Assembly: GCA_019750575.1 (NCBI GenBank)
Contig: JAIEOJ010000004.1
Coordinates: forward strand, 1-62,599
DNA length: 62,599 bases
Source: Rhodocyclaceae bacterium
GTDB taxonomy: Bacteria > Pseudomonadota > Gammaproteobacteria > Burkholderiales > Rhodocyclaceae
Direction of reading: 5' to 3'
Shown here: in pieces, positions 19,161 through 26,874 of the stretch
Numbering within the stretch: position 1 is the first letter of the stretch
How the letters are laid out: each line of letters starts with the position of its first letter
The notes under the pieces: generated by a model
Told to the model about the DNA's origin: nothing
Databases searched by the model: none
The model's input: the letters and a program-made list of their open reading frames with translations, nothing else
Position numbers and translations under genes: made by a program

Positions 19161-20299
19161 AGCACAACAAAGGCGTTCTGACAGCCCCTGCTGCCGTTGG
19201 CGACCCGCTGTCGGCAGTTGATACGCCGTCTTTAGTTCTGGATCTGGATTCCTTCGAGTTCAACCTGAACCTGATGGCTAAGCGCTGCAGGCAAAATGGA
19301 GTGGATTTAAGGCCGCACGCGAAATCGCACAAATCCGTAGAGATTGCGCGCAGGCAGATTGCCGCAGGAGCGGTTGGTATCTGCTGTCAGAAGTTGTCGG
19401 AAGCCTATCCATTCGCCGAGGCCGGGATAGAAGACATCTTCGTGACCAACGAATTCGTGGGGGAGAAGAAGGTCGCTATGGCGATTGATCTGGCACGTCG
19501 GTGCCAGCTGACCTTGTGTGTGGATCATCCTTCCCAAGTGGTCGCCTTGGGCGCGGCAGCGCGCCAGGCCAAAGTGCGGCTACGTCTTATGGTCGAGGTT
19601 GATATCGGCGCGAAGCGCTGCGGGGTGACGAGCTATACGGCATTGCTGGAGCTGGTGGAATGTATCCGTGAGTTTAATGGTTCGCTCATGTTCGTTGGTC
19701 TGCAGGCTTTTCATGGCGGTGCACAGCATATTAAAGGCTGGTCGGAGCGTCATGAGGCGGTGTTGCATTCAAATGAGATTGTCACAAGTTATCTGCTGCG
19801 TTTGAAAGATGCTGGCATTGATTGTCCGGTCGTTTCAGGCAGTGGTACAGGTACGGCCGAGTTCGATTTGAGTTCTGGAATCTTTACCGAGATACAGCCG
19901 GGCTCATATGTTTTCCTGGATGGCCACTACGGATCCAATGAGTGGTCCGGTTTACCCCAGTTTCGACACAGCCTGTTTGTCTTGAGTACCGCCATGAGTT
20001 CGAATGGCGAATCACGGACAGTGTTCGATTTCGGACTGAAGGGTGTCTCGGTAGATTCTGGCGTGCCCAAGATTCTTCCGGAACAAGGTGGCCAGTCTTT
20101 GATAGTGACCCGTGTCAACGATGAACACTGTGTTGTTGAGTCCCAATCGTTGTCGGATCTGCCCCAGCTTGGGAAAAAGCTTCTGTTTGTACCGGGCCAT
20201 TGTGATCCGACAGTGAATCTGTATCAGCAGATTGTCTGTTTTAGAAATGGGGTTGTAGAGAGTATTTGGGATATTGATGCTCGCGGTCTGTCGTACTGA
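19157..20299 (+). CDS. DSD1-family PLP enzyme (alanine-racemase-fold; D-serine/D-threo-3-hydroxyaspartate dehydratase or D-threonine aldolase type)
   Basis: 380 aa with LRPHAKSHKSVEIARRQ (PLP-lysine motif of the family). It overlaps the upstream stop by 4 nt (ATGA). Confidence 0.7.
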   Translation: MKHNKGVLTAPAAVGDPLSAVDTPSLVLDLDSFEFNLNLMAKRCRQNGVDLRPHAKSHKSVEIARRQIAAGAVGICCQKLSEAYPFAEAGIEDIFVTNEFVGEKKVAMAIDLARRCQLTLCVDHPSQVVALGAAARQAKVRLRLMVEVDIGAKRCGVTSYTALLELVECIREFNGSLMFVGLQAFHGGAQHIKGWSERHEAVLHSNEIVTSYLLRLKDAGIDCPVVSGSGTGTAEFDLSSGIFTEIQPGSYVFLDGHYGSNEWSGLPQFRHSLFVLSTAMSSNGESRTVFDFGLKGVSVDSGVPKILPEQGGQSLIVTRVNDEHCVVESQSLSDLPQLGKKLLFVPGHCDPTVNLYQQIVCFRNGVVESIWDIDARGLSY

Positions 20300-20705
20300 T
20301 GAGGCTCGTCTAGGTTCCAGGATGAACGGAAACTAAGAGGCATCTAATTGCTCTTGGGGCAGGCGTAGTCGCTAGCACGACGCATGGTATCTGCGAGAGG
20401 CTGGTTGTGACGTTACGGTAGTCGAACAGCAAACCCTACGCCATTTCTGACTAGTCAATTCATGCCCCTTTTCAATTACCCAGGAAAACCTGGGAGCGCC
20501 TCACAACGTACGTCTCACTTCTTTGATCATGCTTGGTCGAACCTCGTTCTATGCAGCAGGTGTAGCCAAAGTGCGCTGTTAAAGGCGGCTTGGGGCGCCC
20601 GGGCAAGGGTTGGCACTGCCAATCATGCAAGCCGGCGTGAGAGCAGCCTTTAGGCATAAGCGTTTCTTGGGTGCATAAATAATTGATGATGTCCCCATAA
20701 AAATG

Positions 20706-20759
20706 TTGACATCTTTTTTTTGTCCGCTAATATTGCATTAATTATTTTGAATGCAATAT
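20706..20759 (+). promoter_or_regulatory. Sigma70-type promoter (TTGACA-N16-TAATAT) overlapped by the perfect inverted repeat ATATTGCATT-N10-AATGCAATAT
   Basis: Read directly. The -35 element is at 20706..20711 and the -10 at 20728..20733. The IR arms are at 20730..20739 and 20750..20759. The right arm with its flank matches the motif at 10738..10756. Confidence 0.55.
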
Positions 20760-20824
20760 CCAGTTTAAGGGCGGAGGCGGTAGCTTGTTCGCCACTCTGT
20801 TGTCACATGAGGAGGAAAAGAGAA

Positions 20825-20992
20825 GTGAGTAAGAAATACAAGATCTTGATTCTCGACGCATCTCACGGCTCACTTTTGGCAAGCAAGCTATTGTTGGCAG
20901 GGCACGATGCAACATTGGTGTGTCCGCCCTCTGAGGCCAGGCTGATTAACTCAGAGGGGAATCGCGCCGAGTTTGCCAAGCGCGCCGCATGA
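20825..20992 (+). pseudogene. 5' fragment of a ketopantoate-reductase/ApbA-like NAD(P)-binding oxidoreductase gene
   Basis: From the GTG preceded by GAGGAGGAA, the reading frame gives SKKYKILILDASHGSLLASKLLLAGHDATLVCPPSEARLINSEG. This resembles a Rossmann N-terminus, although the Gly-rich loop is degenerate. It ends after about 55 codons, directly before the ALDH gene. Confidence 0.35.
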
Positions 20993-21044
20993 CGAAAGGG
21001 GGGAGGGATTACTCCCTCCCTGAAATAACTGCGGACCACGAAGA

Positions 21045-22628
21045 ATGCAAAGCAGAAAATCAGCACAGCTCGTTGCCATAAGAAACACAGTGGGCGGCTT
21101 GACCGAAGACCATGCGGCCAGGCTAATTGGGCAGCTGGGATTGGCAAGCATCAACAAGGGTGCATATCACTCTGCGTTCGGCTGGATGGGCGACGAGCAG
21201 AACCTCCTTGAGTCGCGTGACCCCTCTAACGAGCAGGTAATTGGGTTCGTCGCACAGGCTCGAGCCGACGATCTCGAAAAAATCATTGCTGGAGCAGCAA
21301 AGTCTCAGCAGCATTGGCGATCCGTACCGGCACCAAGGCGTGGTGACTTGGTGCGCAGGATTGGTGGTGCAATTGAAGAGGTTTCAGAAAGCCTTGCCTA
21401 CCTGATAAGTCTTGAAACAGGCAAGCCGCTGGCTGATGCGCGTAGTGAGATTGCAGAGGCTGTCGAAATGGCCTCATTCGCAGCCGGCCAAGCACGCATG
21501 TTGAACGGCAGCGTTCAACAGTCGCGAAAAACCGAACATAAATTGCTGGAGCAATGGCATCCGCTAGGTGTCGTTGGCATTATTACTGCGTTCAATTTTC
21601 CAATCTCAGTGTGGGCCAGAAGCGCATTAATTGCAGCCGTATGCGGTAACGCTGTGGTTTGGCGGCCGAGCAGCAAAGTGCCGTTGTCGGCGATTGCGAT
21701 GCAGCGCATTGTTGAAAAGGTCATGGTCGAGGAGGATATCGAAGGCGTGTTTTCGCTCTTCGTGTCTTCAGACTCCAAACTTGCCGAGGACCTAGTTGTT
21801 GATTCCCGCCTTGCACTGATGACCTTCACGGGATCCAGCGTGACAGGTCGTCGGGTCAATCAATTAGTTACGCGAACATTAGGCCGGCATGCAATTTTGG
21901 AGTGTTCAGGTAATAGTGCGAGCATTGTCGATGAAACTGCGAATATAGATCAGGCAGTTGCGGCCGTTCTTCACAGTGCAATGAGTCTTTCTGGACAACG
22001 TTGCACTGCTACGCGCCGCTTGTTTGTACAACGCACGATAGCTCCATTTGTTATCAGCAAGCTCAAAGTGGCTATCGCAAACATCAAAATCGGCTCCCCC
22101 CTGCTACCTGATACGGATATCGGCCCGCTTTGCGATGGTGCCGCCGTTGCCGCATTCCTGGAGTCCGTGTCCGATGCGAGACGCATGGGCGGTGTGATTG
22201 AGATTGGTGGACGTGCCATCCAGCGACCGGGACATTTTGTTGAGCCCACTCTTATCAGCCAGGTCAGGAACGATTGGCATTGTGTGCAAACGGAAACCTT
22301 TGCGCCGATTCTTTATGTCATCGACTTTGATCACATCGAAGAAGCCATCGGGATGAACAACGACTCCGCCTATGGGTTGTCGTCCGGTTTGCACAGCAAT
22401 CATCTGAGAAACATTGAGCTGTTCTTGTCTGCTGCTGGCAGCGATTGTGGACAGGCACGAATCAATATGGGTACCGCAGGCAGTGACCCGAGTGCTGCAT
22501 TCGGTGGCGAAAAAGAGTCAGGTGGCGGTAGAACCGCCGGATCTGATGCCTGGAAATACTTTATGCGACGTCAGTCTGTTTGTATCAACTGGGGAGCTTC
22601 GGCTCCGTGGAGTCATCTTGTTTCATGA
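21045..22628 (+). CDS. Aldehyde dehydrogenase, ALDH7/piperideine-6-carboxylate (aminoadipate-semialdehyde) dehydrogenase-like
   Basis: 527 aa with WHPLGVVGIITAFNFPISVW, catalytic-Cys context SGQRCTATRRLFVQ, and ECSGNSA in place of ELGGNNA. Confidence 0.75.
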   Translation: MQSRKSAQLVAIRNTVGGLTEDHAARLIGQLGLASINKGAYHSAFGWMGDEQNLLESRDPSNEQVIGFVAQARADDLEKIIAGAAKSQQHWRSVPAPRRGDLVRRIGGAIEEVSESLAYLISLETGKPLADARSEIAEAVEMASFAAGQARMLNGSVQQSRKTEHKLLEQWHPLGVVGIITAFNFPISVWARSALIAAVCGNAVVWRPSSKVPLSAIAMQRIVEKVMVEEDIEGVFSLFVSSDSKLAEDLVVDSRLALMTFTGSSVTGRRVNQLVTRTLGRHAILECSGNSASIVDETANIDQAVAAVLHSAMSLSGQRCTATRRLFVQRTIAPFVISKLKVAIANIKIGSPLLPDTDIGPLCDGAAVAAFLESVSDARRMGGVIEIGGRAIQRPGHFVEPTLISQVRNDWHCVQTETFAPILYVIDFDHIEEAIGMNNDSAYGLSSGLHSNHLRNIELFLSAAGSDCGQARINMGTAGSDPSAAFGGEKESGGGRTAGSDAWKYFMRRQSVCINWGASAPWSHLVS

Positions 22629-22702
22629 AACTAAACAACACAGAGACATCAGTGTCCCTTGATAAACCTTCCTTGCACGCGGTCACCTCCCCCGCGTTTT
22701 AT

Positions 22703-22740
22703 GCCACCGGCGAACTGCCACTCGCCGGTGGCCCTTTTAT
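22703..22740 (+). terminator. Rho-independent terminator after the ALDH gene
   Basis: GCCACCGGCG-N10-CGCCGGTGGC followed by CCTTTTATT. Confidence 0.65.
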
Positions 22741-22811
22741 TCCGCTAATGACGCTATGGCGATCATGCATAGCGTCTGAGTTGTAGTTCTAACAACAAAA
22801 GGATATTTGAA

Positions 22812-23822
22812 ATGCAAGAGCAAACCTCAATGAAGATGGGCATCGTTGGTGTTGGCGCTGTCGGTGCGGCAACAGCCATGACCGTCGCATTGCGTGGTCA
22901 CGCGCGTGACTTGGTTCTCATTGACAAGGATGCTGCGCGTGCAAAGGCCGTGGCGACCGATATGCAGTATGGGGTTCCTCTTTCTCCGCTGATGACAGTT
23001 CGTGATGGTGGCTACGAAGACCTGGAAGATGCTGGCCTTGTCGTTATCACGGCAGGTATCAACGAAAAGGCAGGGGGGGCGACGAATCGCTCGGATCCCG
23101 CTGGGCGTTTGCGCTTGCTCGATACCAATGTCAGGGTATTCGAGGATATCGTGCCGCAGATCGTTAGGGTCGCACCGAAAGCCGTGATTCTGGTGGCGAC
23201 GAACCCACCAGAACCGCTGGTAGAGGTCGCAAGAAATCTCGCCGGTCATGATCACGTCATGAGTACCAGTACATCGCTTGATAGCCTCAGATTCCGGGTC
23301 CATTTGGCCCAGCGCTTGGGCGTGAGCCCGGTTTACGTAAATGCGCATGTGATTGCCGAACACGGAACATTCAGCGTATTCCTCTGGTCGTCAGCCCGTA
23401 TTGGCGGCTTGCCGATTAAAAGCTTTCTGGACAAGCAGAATATTGATTTCGAAACTTTTCGCAAAGCCGTTGAGGACGACGTTCGCTACGCCAATATCAC
23501 CATCATTGAAGGCACGGGTGCCAGCCAGTATGGAATCGGCATGGTGGTTGGGCGGGTTGCGGAGATCATCCTGAGAGATGAGCGAGCAGTTATTCCTGTT
23601 GGATCTCACAACAAAGACTATGGCGTAACGTTGTCTCTGCCAAGCGTCGTTGGTGCTGCAGGCGTGGTTGATATCCTGCAGCCTGAAATGACGGAGGAAG
23701 AGCTTGCGGGTCTTGTGCGTAGTGCGGATAGATTGCGTGAGGTGAGCAAGCAATACTTGGTTTCAAGAACTGCCCCTCACGGGCTGGTGCTCTCGGGCTG
23801 CGAGGATGCACACGCATTCTGA
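22812..23822 (+). CDS. L-lactate/malate dehydrogenase-family (LDH_1 type) NAD-dependent 2-hydroxyacid dehydrogenase
   Basis: MKMGIVGVGAVGAATAMT (Rossmann), ITAGI, ATNPPEP and an AEHG segment (in place of GEHG). Substrate unknown. Confidence 0.7.
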   Translation: MQEQTSMKMGIVGVGAVGAATAMTVALRGHARDLVLIDKDAARAKAVATDMQYGVPLSPLMTVRDGGYEDLEDAGLVVITAGINEKAGGATNRSDPAGRLRLLDTNVRVFEDIVPQIVRVAPKAVILVATNPPEPLVEVARNLAGHDHVMSTSTSLDSLRFRVHLAQRLGVSPVYVNAHVIAEHGTFSVFLWSSARIGGLPIKSFLDKQNIDFETFRKAVEDDVRYANITIIEGTGASQYGIGMVVGRVAEIILRDERAVIPVGSHNKDYGVTLSLPSVVGAAGVVDILQPEMTEEELAGLVRSADRLREVSKQYLVSRTAPHGLVLSGCEDAHAF

Positions 23823-23853
23823 CCAATCGCCTGCCAATATCCCTTACTGACTC

Positions 23854-24267
23854 GTGTTAAACATGCCTAATAGCAAACCGTTTTTACAATCTATCGATGT
23901 CAAGAAAGTTCTTGCTGCCGCAGAGTCACATGCACAGCAAAATGGATGGGCCGTACATATCGTTGTAACAGACGAAGGTGGTTATACCCTTGGCGCTTTA
24001 CGGCTCGATGGGGCGGCACCAATGGCGAGCTTGATTGCAGCAGAAAAAGCGCGCATTGCCGCGTTATCCCGTCGCGAGACCTGGTTTTACGAGTCCATGA
24101 TTAACCAAGGGCGGGCTGCATTCTTGTCGGCGCCGTTGGATGGATTCATTGAAGGTGGGGTGCCGATAATCATTGATGGGCAGTGTGTCGGTGCAGTCGG
24201 TGTTTCCGGCGTCAAGTCGGATCAGGATGCAGAAACAGCTAAGGCTGGGGTCGCCGCGTTGGCCTGA
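23854..24267 (+). CDS. GlcG/HbpS-like (DUF336) heme-binding/accessory protein
   Basis: 137 aa with the C-terminal GGVPIIIDGQCVGAVGVSGVKSDQDAETAKAG typical of the GlcG family. The start is GTG 23854 or ATG 23863. Confidence 0.7.
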   Translation: MLNMPNSKPFLQSIDVKKVLAAAESHAQQNGWAVHIVVTDEGGYTLGALRLDGAAPMASLIAAEKARIAALSRRETWFYESMINQGRAAFLSAPLDGFIEGGVPIIIDGQCVGAVGVSGVKSDQDAETAKAGVAALA

Positions 24268-24588
24268 TCCTGCTCTCTGAGGCATTCACCTTTCGCTGCA
24301 CTATGCGGCATGGCGACGTCGAGCCATCTTGGCCGGCCAACTGAGTTGTAGAAAGAATCCTGCTGCAAGCTTAGGGCACCCGAAAGGATGCACATTTTTT
24401 TGAGACTCTCGTTTCTACGCCCTAGACGCAGGGCAACTCGAAATTTTTAGCAGACCTAGCCCTGTAGAGGGATAACTCACAAAAACTCTGAGCAACTCTG
24501 TGGGTAAGCCGTGCACGAAGGTGTTACGTGCTTGATCAAACAATGAACTTTGGTCTTGCTTAATAAGTAAGCAAGACCAAATTGTGGA

Positions 24589-24605
24589 AATTGCAGCTTA
24601 TGGGG
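24589..24605. repeat. Right copy (inverted) of the 17-nt island-bounding repeat
   Basis: AATTGCAGCTTATGGGG is the reverse complement of CCCCATAAGCTGCAATT, matching 7736..7752 at 16/17 positions. Confidence 0.5.
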
Positions 24606-24736
24606 TTGGTGCTAGCGGTAACTAGCAATATATGAGGCTCTCAGCGTTGCACTATATAAGAGCCCCACATTCATAGGTGTCTGATATTACTAGCGCTTCG
24701 CTAACTGCTTATGAGTTAACCCACACGGGCAGGGAC

Positions 24737-24943
24737 TCAATCGGATCGTGACAGGCCTGTGGCGACAGGTGCGCTCAGGCCCCAGTCACCATGGGCCAAC
24801 CAGTCCTCGCCCAGCAGTTCCTGCGGGTGCTGGGTCCGGCTTGAACCGTTGCCGCAGGCCATGGCCGCGGCCGGGCAATACTTGTCGCAGCCCCAGCAGA
24901 TGCGCTCGGGATGTGCGGGGTGGAGAGGAAACTTGCGGAGCAT
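24737..24943 (-). CDS. DUF3079-like small Cys-containing protein
   Basis: 68 aa starting MLRKFPLHPAHPERICWGCDKYCPAAAMACGNGSSRTQHPQELLGEDW. Family assigned from memory. Confidence 0.45.
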   Translation of the reverse strand: MLRKFPLHPAHPERICWGCDKYCPAAAMACGNGSSRTQHPQELLGEDWLAHGDWGLSAPVATGLSRSD

Positions 24944-24978
24944 GGCGACATGCTCCGCCGCGCGCCTGTCTCCCGGCC

Positions 24979-24992
24979 TTGATCCAGATCAT
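24979..24992. promoter_or_regulatory. FNR/DNR-type box TTGATCCAGATCAT in the DUF3079/hemerythrin divergent region
   Basis: 9/10 match to TTGAT-N4-ATCAA. It ends 53 nt upstream of the hemerythrin ATG. Confidence 0.5.
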
Positions 24993-25045
24993 GTTAAAGA
25001 TGTATTTTGGGTGCAAGAATTGATGCGTAGTTTCAGGAGGACGCC

Positions 25046-25558
25046 ATGAGCATCCAGATCACCACCGATACAGTTGCCGATGAACGACCGCTGGAGCTGC
25101 TGTATGCCTGCCACGACAAGGTGCGGCGCTTTACGCGGCTGGCCGGGCAGCTGGGCACGCATGTCGTCACGCAGGGTGCCGACGCGCAGGCACGCGATGC
25201 GGCGACGCAGATCCTGCGCTACTTCGAACTGGCCCTGCCGAATCATCATGCCGACGAGGAGACGGATGTCTTCCCCGCCTTGCGCAGCCTCGATGATCCG
25301 GCCGTCTCTGCCGCCATTGCCGCACTCGAGCAGGAGCACGGCGTGCTGCACCGCATGTGGGATGAAATGGCGCCGTGGCTGCGCCGCATAGTCGAGGGCG
25401 AGGCCGAGCCGGCGCCGGAGTGCCTGCCGCGCTTTGTTGCCGCTTACGCGGCGCATGCCGAACGCGAGGAGCGCGAGGTGTTTTCCGCGATCGAGCGCCT
25501 GCCCGCCGCTGTCGTGGATGCGATTGCGCTGCGCATGCGCACGCGCCGGGGAGCCTGA
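25046..25558 (+). CDS. Hemerythrin-like (HHE cation-binding) domain protein
   Basis: 170 aa with an H/E ligand pattern (CHDKVRRF, HHADEE, EQEHG, HAEREEREVF). GGAGG RBS. Confidence 0.75.
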   Translation: MSIQITTDTVADERPLELLYACHDKVRRFTRLAGQLGTHVVTQGADAQARDAATQILRYFELALPNHHADEETDVFPALRSLDDPAVSAAIAALEQEHGVLHRMWDEMAPWLRRIVEGEAEPAPECLPRFVAAYAAHAEREEREVFSAIERLPAAVVDAIALRMRTRRGA

Positions 25559-25559
25559 G

Positions 25560-26762
25560 ATGAGAACCGTGACTGTTGCACCGCCCCCCACTGCCTGGGA
25601 ACTGCTGTCCCAGGTACCCCACCGCGCCTACTTCAGCGCCGGTGTCGGTGCCTTTGTCTTGCTGGCCTTGTGGTGGAGCGTGGCACTGCCTTTCGCCAGC
25701 CTCACCGCGCAACCTCCGGTGCTGGTGCACGGCCTGATGATGCCGCTGGGTATCTTCCCGCCCTTCATGCTCGGCTTCGTCTTCACCGCCGGGCCGCGCT
25801 GGCTGGGCACGCAGGCGCCCAGGGGGCATCTGCCGCTGGCGATCGGGCAATTGAGCGGCCTGTTCCTGATGCTGCTCGGCTTCATGCTCGGCGGCTACTG
25901 GCCGCTGCTCGGTCTGGCGGTGCTCTTCGTGGTGTGGTGGTGGGCGACCTGGTTGTGGTTCGACTGCATCGCACGCGCGCCGCAAGGCGATCATCGCCAC
26001 GCGCATTGCATCCTGCTGGCCATGCTCGCCGGTAACCTCGCGCTACTGGCGGTCATGGCCTGGGTGCTGAGCAATGACGGCGCATTCTGGCTGTTGGCGC
26101 GCAACCTGATCCTGTGGGGCTGGATCGTGCCCATCTTCCTGGTCGTCGCGCACCGCATGATTCCCTTCTTCACGCAGTCGGTCTTGCCGGAGCGCAAGGT
26201 GTGGCGTCCGGTACCCCTGCTGCAAGGCTGGCTGGCCGGATGTGCGGCTCTCGCCGTGGCGCTGACGGCGGGCCATGCGCAGATCGCCGCGCTGGTGGCG
26301 CTGGCTTTGGCGATTGCCACTGCCTGCACCGCGCTGCAATGGGCCGGCAAGCGCTTGCGCGGCGCCTGTGGCGGCAACCGCCTGCTGGCCATGCTGCACC
26401 TGTCCTTCGCCTGGCTGCCGCTGGCTTTCCTGCTGCTCGCGCTGGAGCAGGCAGGCCTTGCCGTCGGTACCGCCGCCACCCATGCCATCGGCATGGGCTT
26501 CTGCAGCACCATGATGGTGGGCTTTGTCACCCGCGTATCGCTGGGGCACAGCGGTCGTCCGCTCCAGGCCGGCAATCTGCATTGGCTGCTCTACCTCGGC
26601 CTGCACGCGACCGCTGCGCTGCGCGTGGTCGCCGCCCTGTCGGGCGCCGCGCCGTGGCTGCTCCATGCCACGGCGGCCTTGTGGCTGCTGCTGATCGTGA
26701 TCTGGGCCACGCGCATGCTGCCCTACTACTGGCAGCCGCGCGTCGATGGCCAGCCGGGCTGA
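25560..26762 (+). CDS. nnrS: NnrS-family heme/copper membrane protein (NO-stress associated)
   Basis: Trimmed to the ATG at 25560, 1 nt after the hemerythrin stop. It is a polytopic protein with conserved His segments (VLVHGLMMPLGIF, VVAHRMIPFF, THAIGMGF, LGHSGRPL). Confidence 0.75.
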   Translation: MRTVTVAPPPTAWELLSQVPHRAYFSAGVGAFVLLALWWSVALPFASLTAQPPVLVHGLMMPLGIFPPFMLGFVFTAGPRWLGTQAPRGHLPLAIGQLSGLFLMLLGFMLGGYWPLLGLAVLFVVWWWATWLWFDCIARAPQGDHRHAHCILLAMLAGNLALLAVMAWVLSNDGAFWLLARNLILWGWIVPIFLVVAHRMIPFFTQSVLPERKVWRPVPLLQGWLAGCAALAVALTAGHAQIAALVALALAIATACTALQWAGKRLRGACGGNRLLAMLHLSFAWLPLAFLLLALEQAGLAVGTAATHAIGMGFCSTMMVGFVTRVSLGHSGRPLQAGNLHWLLYLGLHATAALRVVAALSGAAPWLLHATAALWLLLIVIWATRMLPYYWQPRVDGQPG

Positions 26763-26771
26763 GCCGGCATT

Positions 26772-26785
26772 TTGACGCGGATCAA
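26772..26785. promoter_or_regulatory. FNR/DNR-type box TTGACGCGGATCAA upstream of nrdD
   Basis: 9/10 match to TTGAT-N4-ATCAA. The box centre lies about 96 nt upstream of the nrdD ATG. Confidence 0.55.
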
Positions 26786-26820
26786 GCAAATCAAAGATTG
26801 CCCGGTACCCGGATAGCGAC

Positions 26821-26868
26821 CTACTAGATGTAGTGCTAGCCTTCAAGCTCACCTACTAGATATGGGGG
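26821..26868. promoter_or_regulatory. Two candidate NrdR boxes (CTACTAGATGTAGTGC and CTACTAGATATGGGGG) spaced 32 bp apart
   Basis: Direct repeat of ACCTACTAGAT at a 32-bp offset. The boxes match the remembered 16-bp NrdR-box consensus acaCwAtATaTwGtgt at about 11/16 and 10/16 positions. They lie between the FNR box and the nrdD start. Confidence 0.4.
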
Positions 26869-26874
26869 CGTGTC

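Larger units (their letters stand above)
7736..24605. mobile_element. About 16.9-kb lower-G+C catabolic/transport island bracketed by 17-nt imperfect inverted repeats (non-autonomous; no recombinase inside)
   Basis: There is an abrupt compositional shift at both ends and a 16/17 inverted repeat at the edges. The cargo consists only of metabolic, transport and regulator genes. Confidence 0.4.

Noticed and set aside
20462-20657. Overlapping 63-aa (+) and 61-aa (-) ORFs in the island's internal gap
   Set aside because: They lie in mutually antisense frames, with no RBS and no motifs.
7757-24665. Second possible inverted pair near the island edges (GACTCATATAGTGTT at about 7757 versus GCACTATATAAGAGCC at about 24650)
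   Set aside because: The match is only about 11/15 with a gap, in AT-rich DNA. It is too weak to distinguish from chance.
24270-24736. Possible small RNA, tRNA fragment or att site in the AT-rich spacer after glcG (includes the hairpin GGTCTTGCTTA-ATAAG-TAAGCAAGACC at 24552..24578)
   Set aside because: There is no cloverleaf, no T-tract after the hairpin, and no similarity to the tRNA-Arg gene. Apart from the 17-nt inverted repeat, nothing specific can be supported.
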